Below, piece after piece: positions 51,001 through 61,995 of a stretch of 64,000 nucleotides of DNA; the first letter of the stretch is position 1; every line of letters starts with the position of its first letter. Below the pieces are notes generated by a model. That model did no database searches and had not been told where the DNA came from. It saw only the letters and a list, made by a program, of their open reading frames with translations. The stretch is from Lama glama (taxonomy: Eukaryota): positions 10,046,001 through 10,110,000 of the forward strand of contig CM052818.1 in assembly GCA_028534125.1 (NCBI GenBank), in the 5' to 3' direction. The position numbers and the translations under genes were made by a program.

Positions 51001-53106
51001 TTTAAAAGTTTACAAAAAGAATTAAACTGACAAAAGAGCCAGGATACTGTCCATCTCAATGGGCATTGGGTTTGTATCTTGTCTTCCAAAAATCATCAGA
51101 GTGGGTTAAATGATCCCTCACAGAATGTCACATTTTCCTGGCAGGGCCATCTGGGTATTTGATGAAGGCTTTCCAGGGCTGAGTAGGAACTGCGGGGTGT
51201 GGAAGCCACCAATTGTGAGCCGGGAGACAGTCACTGGTGTTGGAGCTGGGACAGCTCCCGGACCTGAGCGCCACAGAATCCTTCTTGGTCTCAGGTAGTG
51301 CATGGGGAGTTCAGGCGGGAGGTTCTCGCCCCATCCTGGGGACAGGTGGAGAGGAGGGTAGAGAGGAAGTTGTGATGTTGTGCAAAGGAAGCAAGAGCTG
51401 CCTGTTTCACAGGCGGAAGTCTGGGTCCTGGAACGTCTGCCCAGTCGGTGGTGGGTGGCATGGGAGAGGGTTTTAATAAGAAATCAAAATCCCTGGAGAA
51501 GTGAAGTTCCTTTGCAGCTGCCTCCCCTTTTCTGTCTCCTGGTTGGACCTCAGTCTGTCCTTCCACCTGCTTGGAGACTGCTGGGGCTTCAAAATGGGGC
51601 CCAGGGAATCAGGGGTGATGTGGCCCCTCTCTCCCGGGACGGGGGGTGACCGGGTTTGCAGGAGGTGGCCCTCTGCTCTGCTCCAGCCCCTGATGCAGAT
51701 GGAGTGAGTGGATCTGGGTCTGTTCCCTTCCCCACAGATACCTTCCTGACTGGCTTTGATCCTTATTTAAACACATTCCATGTGTATTAAGATGACAGAC
51801 ACATTGGTTTTGCTCCAAGCAAGTAGCCATCCACCCTAGATGGGCCCTAAAGACAGTAGGTGTTTGGAAGAGAGTAAGCAGCAAGCCTCACTGTTTCTTC
51901 ACTTCTTCTGGGAGCCCTGGATAGACCAGTGTTCTCTCCGGCTCCCCCTCCCCCCCGTCTCATTTTACCCATGAGAAACTGGATTCTCTTGGAGATGAAG
52001 TGCCTCCTCCTGGTCCCGTAGCTTCTTAGTGACAGGACTGTCTTTTGATTGCCCGTTGAGTGCTTTTTCTGCTCTGCTGTATTACCGTGATCAGAGCTCA
52101 GTTGGTTTTCTGTGATTGGTATTATTTAAATGCATACTTTTGCTGTAAGAAATCATGAGATTGGATGTGAATAATGCTTTTGGATGTAGGAGCAGGTTAA
52201 GGGCAGGAAGCTGACTGGGGACAGTACCTGAGAGCCAGGAGTTGCGATCATGGCAGATCACAAATGTGTGCTAGCAAGAACCCACTGTGCTATGCTCTTG
52301 AATTTCACGAAGAAGTCATTCTGTCTGTGTAATTTTATTAGGCTGAGACTTTTTCCGATGGTTTATTTTTCCGTTTGCTCACAGCCCATAGAAGAGAGCC
52401 AGGGAGGGAAGCCAGCACGTTTGTACTATTTACCTACTCTCTGACTTTGGAACTTAGTAAATCTGCTGTGTGTGGCTTTGTTTCGCCGACTTTTACAAAT
52501 CAGGACCATAGACTGTAAGCACATCAGCTCACTTCGAGGGACCTGATAGCTGATTGTTGCTTTGATAAGTGTCTGTACAAATATTTATATGTTTCTGATA
52601 GTCTTGAGTTGCGTTGTTGCAACATGCAAAGCTGTCAGGTTTCCAGGGCTTCTGATGGTAAAGCTTTTCTCCATGGCATGAGGCTTATTTTCGATCTGGC
52701 CTTTCCTCCCTGAAACCTTGTTAGCCTGTGATTTCACCTAATGCAACACAAGTTGTGTAGAAAGAAAAATAATATTACCCCGCTCGAAAATTCACTAGTA
52801 AAATAACTAGAAGAAGAGGCCATCCTAGAATGCAGAGAGGCTGCTATAACTTCTCACAGTGTGTCTTCCTGATCCCCCTTCTTAAATTTTCATGTGAGAT
52901 GAGCACGTTGCTGTAATTAAGGAAGCAGTAGAGTACTTTGGAAAGGCCTTTATCTCTTGCCACTCAGGTGAGCACCTGAAAGAGAACCTGTAAACCATTT
53001 GGAAGTGACTAATCCTATTGCAAAGGTGTCCTTCACTTCCCTGAAGGACTCAAGGCTCCCTGGGACACTTACATGTCTAGTTACAGATCATTAAGGATTA
53101 GAGCTA

Positions 53107-53200
53107 CTAGACTGTGAGCTCCTTGAGGCCCAGGAATGAGGCTCATTTCATTTTGTTCTCCCCACCATTAACAATACATATTTGGAACAAATGAGTAAAA
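53107..53200 (+). mobile_element. L2 3'-end fragment
   Basis: ctagactgtgagctccttgagg...agga hallmark. Confidence 0.6.
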
Positions 53201-53504
53201 TTGGCTGCCATTACATATAGAGTGGAATGAAGGTAGTACTTTTGGAATGCTGATGTTAATAAGTGCAAAATTGAATATTTACCGACACCTTTCCAGAAGC
53301 AGGTCTTGTTTTGGAAGATGTATCAAGGGTGTCTCGTTGGGGAGAGGCTCATGTGGTAGTCGGAGACCTCTGTCGACTGTGATTGGGACAAATAATTAAG
53401 GCTTTTCCCATATTACAGATGAGGACTTGGAGACCCAGAAGTGCTCGTGAGCCCGCAGGGCAAGGTTATTGAATTCTAGCAGGTCCTGAGTTCCTGCTCT
53501 GGTC

Positions 53505-53625
53505 TGAGTGTTTCACAGACATTATTTCAATCAGTTTCCATAGCAGCCCCAGGAGGCTGGCAGGACAGTATTGTCATGCACATTTTACTGATGAAAAAGC
53601 TGAGGTTCAGAGAGGTTAAAGAGCA
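53505..53625 (-). mobile_element. MIR fragment
   Basis: cattatttcaatc...cattttactgatgaaaaagctgaggttcagagaggttaa. Confidence 0.7.
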
Positions 53626-55149
53626 GTGATGGGCTACACGCCAGGATGTGATGGTAGATGAAGATTCCAAAGGAAAAAAAAAAAAAAGAAAAAAGAACTA
53701 AAGATCGAAATACTTGGAACTTAGGACCAAATTGTTGACTCACTGTATTGCAATGTTAAATAAAGTTTTTTAAAAAGCTATTACTCTCACTACAATTTAC
53801 TAATAACATTAATACAATATCATTAATATAACATTACATTAAAATATTATTAATTTTATAAGAGCAAAAGTGCCTGGTACTTTTAAGGAGCAAAATAAAA
53901 TAGTTGGAAATTTAAAAAAAAAGAGAAGAATTCAGAATCTAATTCAGGAGCTTGAGTGCTCACCCTGCTGACCCACCAGTGCTTGAACCCACGTGTCTCA
54001 CTCTGAGCTTTGGGTTTGAAGTTCCAGGCCCGTCAGCTTTTTACCTGGACCACTGGCAGGTAGGTCTCTAGAGGTAGCAGCCTCCAGACTGGCTCTGGAT
54101 CGGTCCGTGGGTTTGGGAGGAGTGAGTCTAGTCCTTTTCACTTTTCCCCCATCTTTCACAGGGCCTCACCTTCCTTCCTAACCAGAGACATTGTCTGCCT
54201 GGCTCTTGGGTAGGCTGCCTGCTTTGATGTGCATTCCTGCTGGGGATTATTGCTCTGGCCAGGCCATGGCCGCTCCCCACCTGTTGCTCTGAAGGCATGT
54301 CTGTCAGCCCTCAGGGGTGTGGTTCACCTTGGAGAAGTCAGAGGTGGCTCAGCCTGAGGGGACTGGTCCCAGGGAACCTCACCTGTCCCCCTCCCCCTCG
54401 CCACCTGGGCTGGACTTGGGGAGTTTCATGCTCAGGACTGCCTCTCTAAACACAGCCCCTCTGCTGCCCCAGGTGCTGCCCTAGACCTGTCTGGGCCTCT
54501 GGGTTTTCCATCCCTGGCAGAGAAGCAGGGCTGTGGGAGTTCCAACCCTCAGTGCCCTGGGCAGAGCCCTGACATGCAACGGCTCTGGCAAGCAGCCTGA
54601 GGCAGGCCTGGGCAGAGGACAGAAAGGAGGAGAAGGTGCAAGGGGAGCTGCAGCAGACCAGACGAAGAGACAAAAGCCAGCTTGAGAGCCAGCCGCCTGG
54701 TGGTGGGGGTGCCTCGGGCGGTGAGGGGTGCCCAGGGAGGGCTGGCCCAGGCTGGCCTGCCTGGGAGGAGTCAGGTTGGCGCCCGCTCCCTCAGAGTCGT
54801 AGTCTTGCTGGAGGCCGGCCAGCTGCTGGAGTGGGTGTGGGGCAGTAAATGCAGGGTCTTGGAGTCTAGAAGGTTATGCGCTGGGAGGAGGAGAAGAAAG
54901 AGAACTGAGATGGCAGAGCACCAGACAGCTGCGGCTCTGCCCCCTCCCTCTACACAGTGCGGCCCAGGTGTGGCCCCCAGAGCTGTTTCATGGCGTCCAC
55001 TCCCCTCAAGGCTGAGCGGTTTTCTTCACTACAATCCATAGTGTGGTCCTGGGGGTCTCCTGGTCCCTGAAGCTAGTGGGTAGGTGCAGGGCGCTTGGCA
55101 GACATTGTAATTGAGAAGGCAGCCCTTGGAAACGCTGCAGAGCCAGGTA

Positions 55150-55250
55150 CATCAGACTGCCTTCACCTGCTGGCTGGGTGACGTGAAACAAGTTGACCCA
55201 ACCCCGTTGAACCTCAGGCTCCTTACCTGTAAAATGGGGCTATTTACCTT
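55150..55250 (+). mobile_element. MIR fragment
   Basis: ggctgggtgacgtgaaacaagtt...aacctcaggctccttacctgtaaaatggggcta. Confidence 0.6.
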
Positions 55251-56149
55251 TCCTGTTCACTGGGAAGAAATGTTCTGCTTGACTCCCACTCACCCAGAGG
55301 TGTCATAGAATGTGTGTCTTCTCCCAGAGCTGTTTCTCCAAAAGGCATCAGGCATGGTGGTCTTTGGACTTGAGCCTCTGAGTTGTGGGCTGAAAGCGTG
55401 GCAGGGGAAGAGGTGTGCCTGGGCCCCCAGAGGCCCACCGAAGGATGCTGTCTGCCAACCTTGTCCCACACTTGCGGCTGGCCTGGACTCTGCCTGGCTG
55501 CCCCGGACTCCCCCTGGCCGCCCAAGGCTCCGTGGCCGGACATTGTCCTCCAGCTCATTGGCTTGGGCCCAAAGATGGGGAAAGATGATGGCTGCCCTAG
55601 GAACCTGAGTTACCAGAGGTTTGCCTCCCAGATGGGGTTTCCACTGTGGCATCCTTCCCTTTCGATGCCCATGTGCAGGGAGAGTCAGAGGAAGGGAAAA
55701 TGGGGAAGAGCCGCTGCCCCTGCCTCACACCCCTCACCCTGTGTGCTTCCTGTTCCATTAGAGAAATGAAGTTTCTCTGTGAGTAGGACAATCATCTGAG
55801 GTTGATCAAGGTTTATGGGTGATTCAAATATATGTATAAGATACATATTTCTTAGTACATAAATTCAAGAGGCTTCCCTTAGTGACAGGGAATTAGCAGC
55901 CTGGCAAACAATGGGGTGAGTCCAGGCTGACCTTGGACCTGCAGGTGACGGCAGAAGCTGATGGCCAGAGGCTCCTGGCTTCCTTTTTCCTTATCAGCCT
56001 GCTTCCCTCTCTTTCCTGATTGTGCATGTTGGTGAGTAGCTGGGTACATCAGATCACCCCTGTTCACTTCTCTTTAGCATACTAAATCCATTTGCCATTA
56101 AAATTTGAAAAACAAATGCCAAGCGCCAGAGGTAGCTGTGTTATGAATG

Positions 56150-56560
56150 CCCCAGGCCACTTCTAGGAAGGAAAGTGGGTTGGGGTAGCCCGGTGCTTTG
56201 TGGTGCCTTGCTGGTACCGGCATGATGCCACTCTTGGAGCTGTCACCTCCCCACCTCCTCCATACACACCCTGCAACCCTGGGGGGACCCCTGTGTCCAG
56301 CCCAGCCTGGGTGTGCATCTTGCGTGCTTGGTCGGCACTGATAGGGGTCACTGGTGGGGAGGAGTTCTTGGAGCACACTGCTGCGAGTCTTCTGAGCTGT
56401 CTCTGAGGCTGTGCCCAGCCCGCAGTGTCCAGGGCCTCTTCTGCCAGGGCCCTGCTGATTATCACCCTGGGCATTATCTCCACTTACCACCTCTGTGCCC
56501 AGGGCTGTGGTGTCCCCCTTGGAGAACCACACACCCATCTACCCAGAGGCCCTTCTTGCT
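56150..56560. promoter_or_regulatory. Orthologue of BCL11A erythroid enhancer DHS +55
   Basis: About 53.8 kb from the inferred TSS. Three TG-N7/8-WGATAR half-E-box/GATA composites (TGATAG 56339-56344, TTATCA 56459-56464, TTATCT 56474-56479) plus CACACCC motifs. Resembles recalled human +55 sequence (GCACTGATAGGGGTC...). Confidence 0.8.
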
Positions 56561-58618
56561 TAAGAGTCTGACCCAATCCCCCCCCCCACCACTACTTCCA
56601 GGGACTTTTGAGTCACCCCAGCCATGCTCAAAGCTGGGTCCTTCCCCCGAAGACCAGACCCACTGCCCGGGGGCCCCCAGTCCCCTGCCTCCTTGGGCCC
56701 GCTGTCATCTTGGCAACACCCAAAGCTGTGTTCGTTCTTGTGGTGGCCCTTGGCTGATGAAATGGTTTCATTTAGGACCATGCAGAGGACCCTTTTGAGC
56801 ATTTCTGTGTTGGACCATTGTCCTGTCATTGGCAAAGAGAAAAATGGAACAAAAGAGGCCACAGTACTCTCTGGGAAATGCATGCCTGAGATAAGTGGCA
56901 GCACAGAGAAGGGGAATAGAAGGCTGGTCTGGACAGCCTTCAGAGGAAGGGCAGTTTGTTAAATTTCTGTGTAACCTGCAAAGTGCTACTCAGTGGGGGC
57001 TGTTATTATTATTATCATCATCATGGACATTATCATCACCATGAGAGGATATGGCAATGAGGTAGGTGGTAACCGTAAGCACTGATTGAGTTTCCAGCTA
57101 ATTTCCTGATTTTAGAGGCCATGAACTTGTCTACCTGGAACATTCCAATTCAACTCAAAAGCTGAGGTTTGAGTCTAGACTTCAGAGCCCTCTGATACTT
57201 CCCTGGCTTACTAAATTGAGGGCTAGCTTCTAGGGTTTGACTTGAAGACAGCTTGTATGTCCTCGAATACTTGTGGTCCATATTGTGAAAAAATCTGTAT
57301 TTATCAGAGAGCAGTGAAAAGGTGATACTTCATTTTACTAAAGTTTTTTTTTCCTTCACTTTACAAAAGGATCCTCAGCGGTATTCCTTTTCCGTAGAAT
57401 GTTTGACTAGCTCAGTAAGTGTTTACAGGTCATTAACTGCTCCTCGGAAGGACTTTGTTAGAGAAAAGGAAGCCTGCAAGAAGACAGACTCAGAGCTCTA
57501 GCTTAGAGGATGCCAGTTAAAGAGAATTCAAATCTGTTGGCTGACAGGTGTCTGCTGAGCACTCCGTGCATCCAGCGCTGGGAGAGAAGTAGGGAGCATG
57601 CTTCCTTCCTCTGAGACTGGTAGTCTCGTGAAGTAATTGGGAAGACAGTGTCGTGAAGACAGAAATTAAGTGCTAAGTTGTGTTCACTCATCTCTTACGA
57701 TTTATTGGTGGGAAAATGGACTGTGCTTTACAAAAAAATTAGTTTACGTACTGCTTTTCAGGAATACTGCTGTGGCACACGCACAGTGAGGGAGATTTGA
57801 GGAAAGAGTTGGCCTAAGACTCCTTCAGGGAGCTCTGAGAGAGTTTATGATGGAATGCAGAGGGTTGGCTGTCCTGGAATTTAATTCTATGTGATCAGTG
57901 TTTCCCTCCCAGAAATGGCCCAGGTCCCTGATGGATGCCAGGAGAGGGACGTCTGCAAGGCAAGAGGGTTGTATAGGAGGGAGAGGTGTACTCATCAGAC
58001 TTCCAGGAGGGAAGCGGCACTCATGCTAGCGGCAAAGTGGAGGATGGACAACATCCTTCTCTCTTCCTGCTCTCCCGCGGGCTGCTGCTCTGAGCTCACT
58101 TCTGCCGTGTGTCAGAGCTGACCAGAGGACAATGGCAGACCTGGCATCAGAGGATCAGCATCAGCTCTGTCTCTGCTGGGAAATACTTTCCAAAAGCTCC
58201 TGGTTGTGACCTGGACACTTGGCTCAGTGGGCTAGCCACTTGCTCCTCAAGTAGCTGACACCTCTGGGATGGTCAGCTCTCACTCTGGCCCCCGTCTGTG
58301 GCAGCCTGCCCCACCTCACCAGGCAAGGCATCCTGTAAATGGGCTTATTGGACTTCATTGTATAAGTCCTAATTTGTTTACCCAGTAAATCCTAGTATTC
58401 TGGGATTTCACAAGCAAGTCCTTATTCCCCTAATCCATTTCCTCTGTATATGCAGCTTTCAATCATCCTCCCTCTTGTTAACCTAAAAGCCTTCATCATG
58501 AATTTTCACATATGAGAGTGGCCCTGATCCCCTCCTCTTTAGCTTGTTTCCCCATTTTCTGAAAATCTTTCCCAGATTTGCAGATTGTTTCTTAGGTGTT
58601 TTCAAAAATGTTCTAAGA

Positions 58619-58810
58619 GGGGGGAGGGTATGGCTCAATTGGTAGAGCGCATGCTTAGCGTGCACGAGGTCTTGGATTCAATTCCCACTACCTCCACTAA
58701 GTAAGTAAGTTAAGTAAGTAAGTAAGTAAATAAATAAATAAATCTAATTACCTTCCCCCTCAAAAAATAAAATAAAATAAAATTTAAAAAAAAATTTCAA
58801 GAAAAAGAAA
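58619..58810 (+). mobile_element. tRNA-Ala-derived SINE, Vic-1-like (camelid), with (TAAG)n/(TAAA)n middle region and A-rich tail
   Basis: GGGGAGGGTATGGCTCAATTGGTAGAGCGCATGCTTAGC head with Pol III A box (58631-58642), B-box-like GGATTCAATTCC, AGC anticodon remnant and A-rich tail. No clean TSD. Family name from recall. Confidence 0.85.
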
Positions 58811-59149
58811 ATATCCTTAAAATTTAGAGTCTCTCAGAGAAAGGGCAGTGCTGTTTAGAGCCTAGAGTTGCAGGTTGCCTTCAGTGTGCAGTCTCTGCTT
58901 TAGGTTCCCATGATCGTAGGGGGCTTGGGCTGGGGGAGGAGATTGAATTGCCTGTTTTTGCGCAGGAAGGGAATTGGAATTTGCCAAATGTCTTTTATGT
59001 AAAGGTACTTTGGGGAAACCCCAAACTCTCAAACCACAGGGATCATAATAAGTTCTGCACCCCAACCTGGAGTACAACCTGACTGCCACCACTGGCCAAA
59101 CCAGACTTGTTTCTAGGGGGTTCCCTCTGAGTTACTGATGGAGCCTACA

Positions 59150-59470
59150 TACCATCCCTGTGATAAGAAAGGAAGCTAGGCAGGACTTGGGAGTTACCCA
59201 GAGTGATATGGCTGAAAAGAGCCACACGGCTGGGTCTGTGCCCCTGGCGTGAACAAGTGTGAGCAGGCTGCTGCCTGCAGTGCAGTCTCAGCACTGGCCG
59301 GGAAGGAGCGCTGGCATCCACTCTTAGCTGTAACCCACCACGTCAGCACAGCTTTAAAAGTTGGTCTGGAGCAAGCCAACAGTTGCTTTTATCAAAGACC
59401 CTGTGGAAGGGTTTGGTCTCTGATTGGGGTGGGGGTGAGGGCGGGGTGGGAGAGGAGTGGTAGATCTCTG
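59150..59470. promoter_or_regulatory. Orthologue of BCL11A erythroid enhancer DHS +58
   Basis: About 56.9 kb from the inferred TSS. CCAACAGTTGCTTTTATCAA (59376-59395) is 18/20 identical to the human sg1617 target CTAACAGTTGCTTTTATCAC. GATA TTATCA at 59389-59394, second TGATAA at 59161-59166. Confidence 0.92.
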
Positions 59471-59919
59471 GGTCTATGGTTGTTTGCTCAGGTGGCCTCC
59501 TTCAGGAGGCTCTCTTGTCAGTGGAGAATTCGATTTTATTGCTCAATGGGAATAGAACAGTTTGTATGTCATGCAGGTGGACTAGATCATTCTTCCCAAA
59601 ATTGTAAAGGACGTGAGGGCTCCCTGTCTGCACTCTCCCTGCCTCCTCACCGTGCATCCGTTTTTCATCTGTCTATCTGCCCATCCATCAGTCATATACA
59701 GGTGCCTATCAGCACAGTAGCTTGGAGTCTGCAGTCCCAATTGCCCTCTTTCCCCCAGCCTCATGCTCCTTTCCTCTGTTCTCTTGTTCTCTGCCTCTTT
59801 CCTTTTCTACTGATTCCAGCTTACTCTTGGGAAAGGGACTGATGACCTCATTTCTGCTGAGGTGTGACTTAATAAATACCAGGAGGCATGCGTTTTATTC
59901 CATGATAAAATGTACGCAT

Positions 59920-60017
59920 TTACTCTGTTCTAAGTACTCTACAAATATTAAGTCATTTTACTTTCATAACAACCCTATGAAGTGGATATTGTTATTATTC
60001 CCATTTTACAGATGAAA
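59920..60017 (-). mobile_element. MIR fragment
   Basis: cataacaaccctatgaagtggatattgttattattcccattttacagatgaa. Confidence 0.75.
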
Positions 60018-61334
60018 TAATTTTTAAATTCTAGCTGGAGAAATATAGCTTGGTGGTGATACATTAGGAGTGAGCCAGGAGTATTTGTCATCACAGAACC
60101 AGTGTGTCTCTCCCCTCGTTTGGCTTTGCCAATCAGAGACTAGGTGATTGGAATGAATGCTCTTCTTCCTCTACAGTATTTCATCTCCACCAGCCCTGGG
60201 CCATTTCTACTCTCTCCTCCCTGTGCTCCCATCTCTGAAAAAATGGCACAAGATTTAAGAGACATTAGAGAATTAAAGATAATTTATTCCCACATTCGTG
60301 TTTACTGTGAGGTGACGACACCTGGCACGGTCACCCAGGCAGGTGGTGGCAGTGCACAGATGAGAAGCCGGGACTCCCAGCTCCCAGCCTCACGTCTCTC
60401 CACGCTCCCGCACCACTCACCACCCTGTCAGCGCCATCTTCTTCCCTGCCTCACACTTCCTCAGTCTGTGGAGATCTCTTGTCCCAGGAGTAAGGAGCTG
60501 TTCAAGTGTCTTCAGTAATGTAGGTGCACCTCAGTCATGGGGCTTCACTTTCTCTGTCTCAGTTTGTTGCCAGCAGCAGTCTCTGTCCTGGTTTCTTCAG
60601 CTTTTTCCCCTTGAGTGTTGTCTTTCTATTTAAGGTGGCAGTCCCCACTTTCGTCCCCTTTCCCTCCACTCCCCATGTCTTCCTTGAGCCTGCTTCTGCC
60701 ACCACCTGGGGCCACTGCAGGTCCGGTCCCCAGGCTCCAGCTCCTCCATGGATCCTTCTGCTTCCTGTTCTCCGGTTGTCCCCCAGCCCTGCTGTGTCGC
60801 AGCCAGTGAGGGGGAGGGAGGGTGGAGGGCGGGCTCTGCATGTCTTCCCTGGATTCTCTGCTGTCCACATCAGTGGGCAGCAGCTGGGGGGCCCTTCTGA
60901 GGGGGGCCTTGATGTTGTCTTACTTCCCAAGGCCTCTTGGCAAGGTGAACTTATCTCCAGGACCCTTGGCTGCTGTGCAACTACACAGCTAATGGGGGAG
61001 GCCCACACCCGCTTCTCCGACCTAGGGAGGCTCTTAGGGCTCACAACACCGCATGTAAGAGTTACCCCTGACTCCAGAGGGCTCTCAGTCCCAATGAATA
61101 CCCATTGTAAAAGACGTTTTAGAGTCACTTCCCATCACTTCATTAGAATAGTTGTGAGGTTTCTGCTTGGAATAAGGTGACATTTGGTAATTGAGCCAAA
61201 CAGATGCCTGGGGTACAGGCTTTGGAGCTGAACTGCTCAGGGAGTGAGGTGGAAGTGGGGCAGGCTGTAGGGTGACAAAACGGGGGCTCCTTGAACTCTC
61301 AAACTCAAAGCCTTTACTTTGTTCTCAAAACTTG

Positions 61335-61995
61335 GGTTGCTCTAGATATTTACTGAAGAGTAATGAAGACTTGCATTCATACAAACACATATACACAAAT
61401 GTTCATTGTAGCATTGTTTGTAATAGGCACAAAGTGGTAACAACCCAGATGCCAATCAGTAAGTGAATGGAAAAACATAGTACAGCCATACAATGGAATA
61501 TTCAATATAAGAATGAGATAGTAATACACGTAACCGCATGGAGGAATCTCAAAATCATTCTGCTCAGGGAAAGAAAATAAGAAAAAGTTGAATGCTATAT
61601 GATTCCACTTACGTGAGATTCTAGAAAAATCAGAACTGTAGTGGTAGGAAGTCAATCAGTGATTAAAAGCGGTCAGAGGATTAGGGGAGGAGACTGACTG
61701 CAAAGAGGCATGAGGAAACTTTTTTCTTTTCTTTCCTTTTTTTCTTTTTGTGGTGGAGGCACTGGAGGTTGAACCCAGGACCTCCTGGATGCTAAGCGTG
61801 TGCTCTACCAGTGAGCTATACCCTACCCCCCACTTCACCGAGGAAACTTTTTTGAGTGAAGGAAATGTCCTGTATCTGATTTTGGTGGAGGCTGTGCAAC
61901 TGTATACAATTAGCAAAATTCATCAAACTGTACGCTTAAAATGAGTGATTTTATTGTATGTAAATTATGCCTCAATAAAGCTAAAAAATAAAAAG
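61335..61995 (+). mobile_element. Old L1M (L1MC/MD/ME-type) 3' end fragment, interrupted by a SINE
   Basis: Hallmark L1 3' motifs (aatgttcattgtagcattgtttgtaatag, catacaatggaata, atggaggaatctcaaaa, tatatgattccactt, ttttattgtatgtaaattatgcctcaataaa) followed by an A tail. Subfamily not determined. Confidence 0.85.
61726..61839 (-). mobile_element. Short tRNA-Ala-derived SINE (Vic-1-like) with 14-bp target-site duplication, nested in an old L1
   Basis: Reverse strand reads GGGGGTAGGGTATAGCTCACTGGTAGAGCACACGCTTAGC...GGTTCAACCTCC...A-tail. TSD GAGGAAACTTTTTT at 61712-61725 and 61840-61853. Confidence 0.9.

Noticed and set aside
57001..57045. TTATCA GATA matches between +55 and +58
   Set aside because: Embedded in (ATT)n/(ATC)n low-complexity sequence; likely chance matches.
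58621..58697. tRNA-Ala(AGC)-like sequence as a real tRNA gene (also about 61753-61830, minus strand)
   Set aside because: Degenerate stems, A-rich tails and a TSD on the second copy show these are SINEs.
59249..61180. ORFs 59249..59842, 60524..61180 and 60559..61128 (189-218 aa)
   Set aside because: No recognisable domain or splice context; they lie in intronic enhancer and repeat-flanked DNA and do not match BCL11A exon 3.
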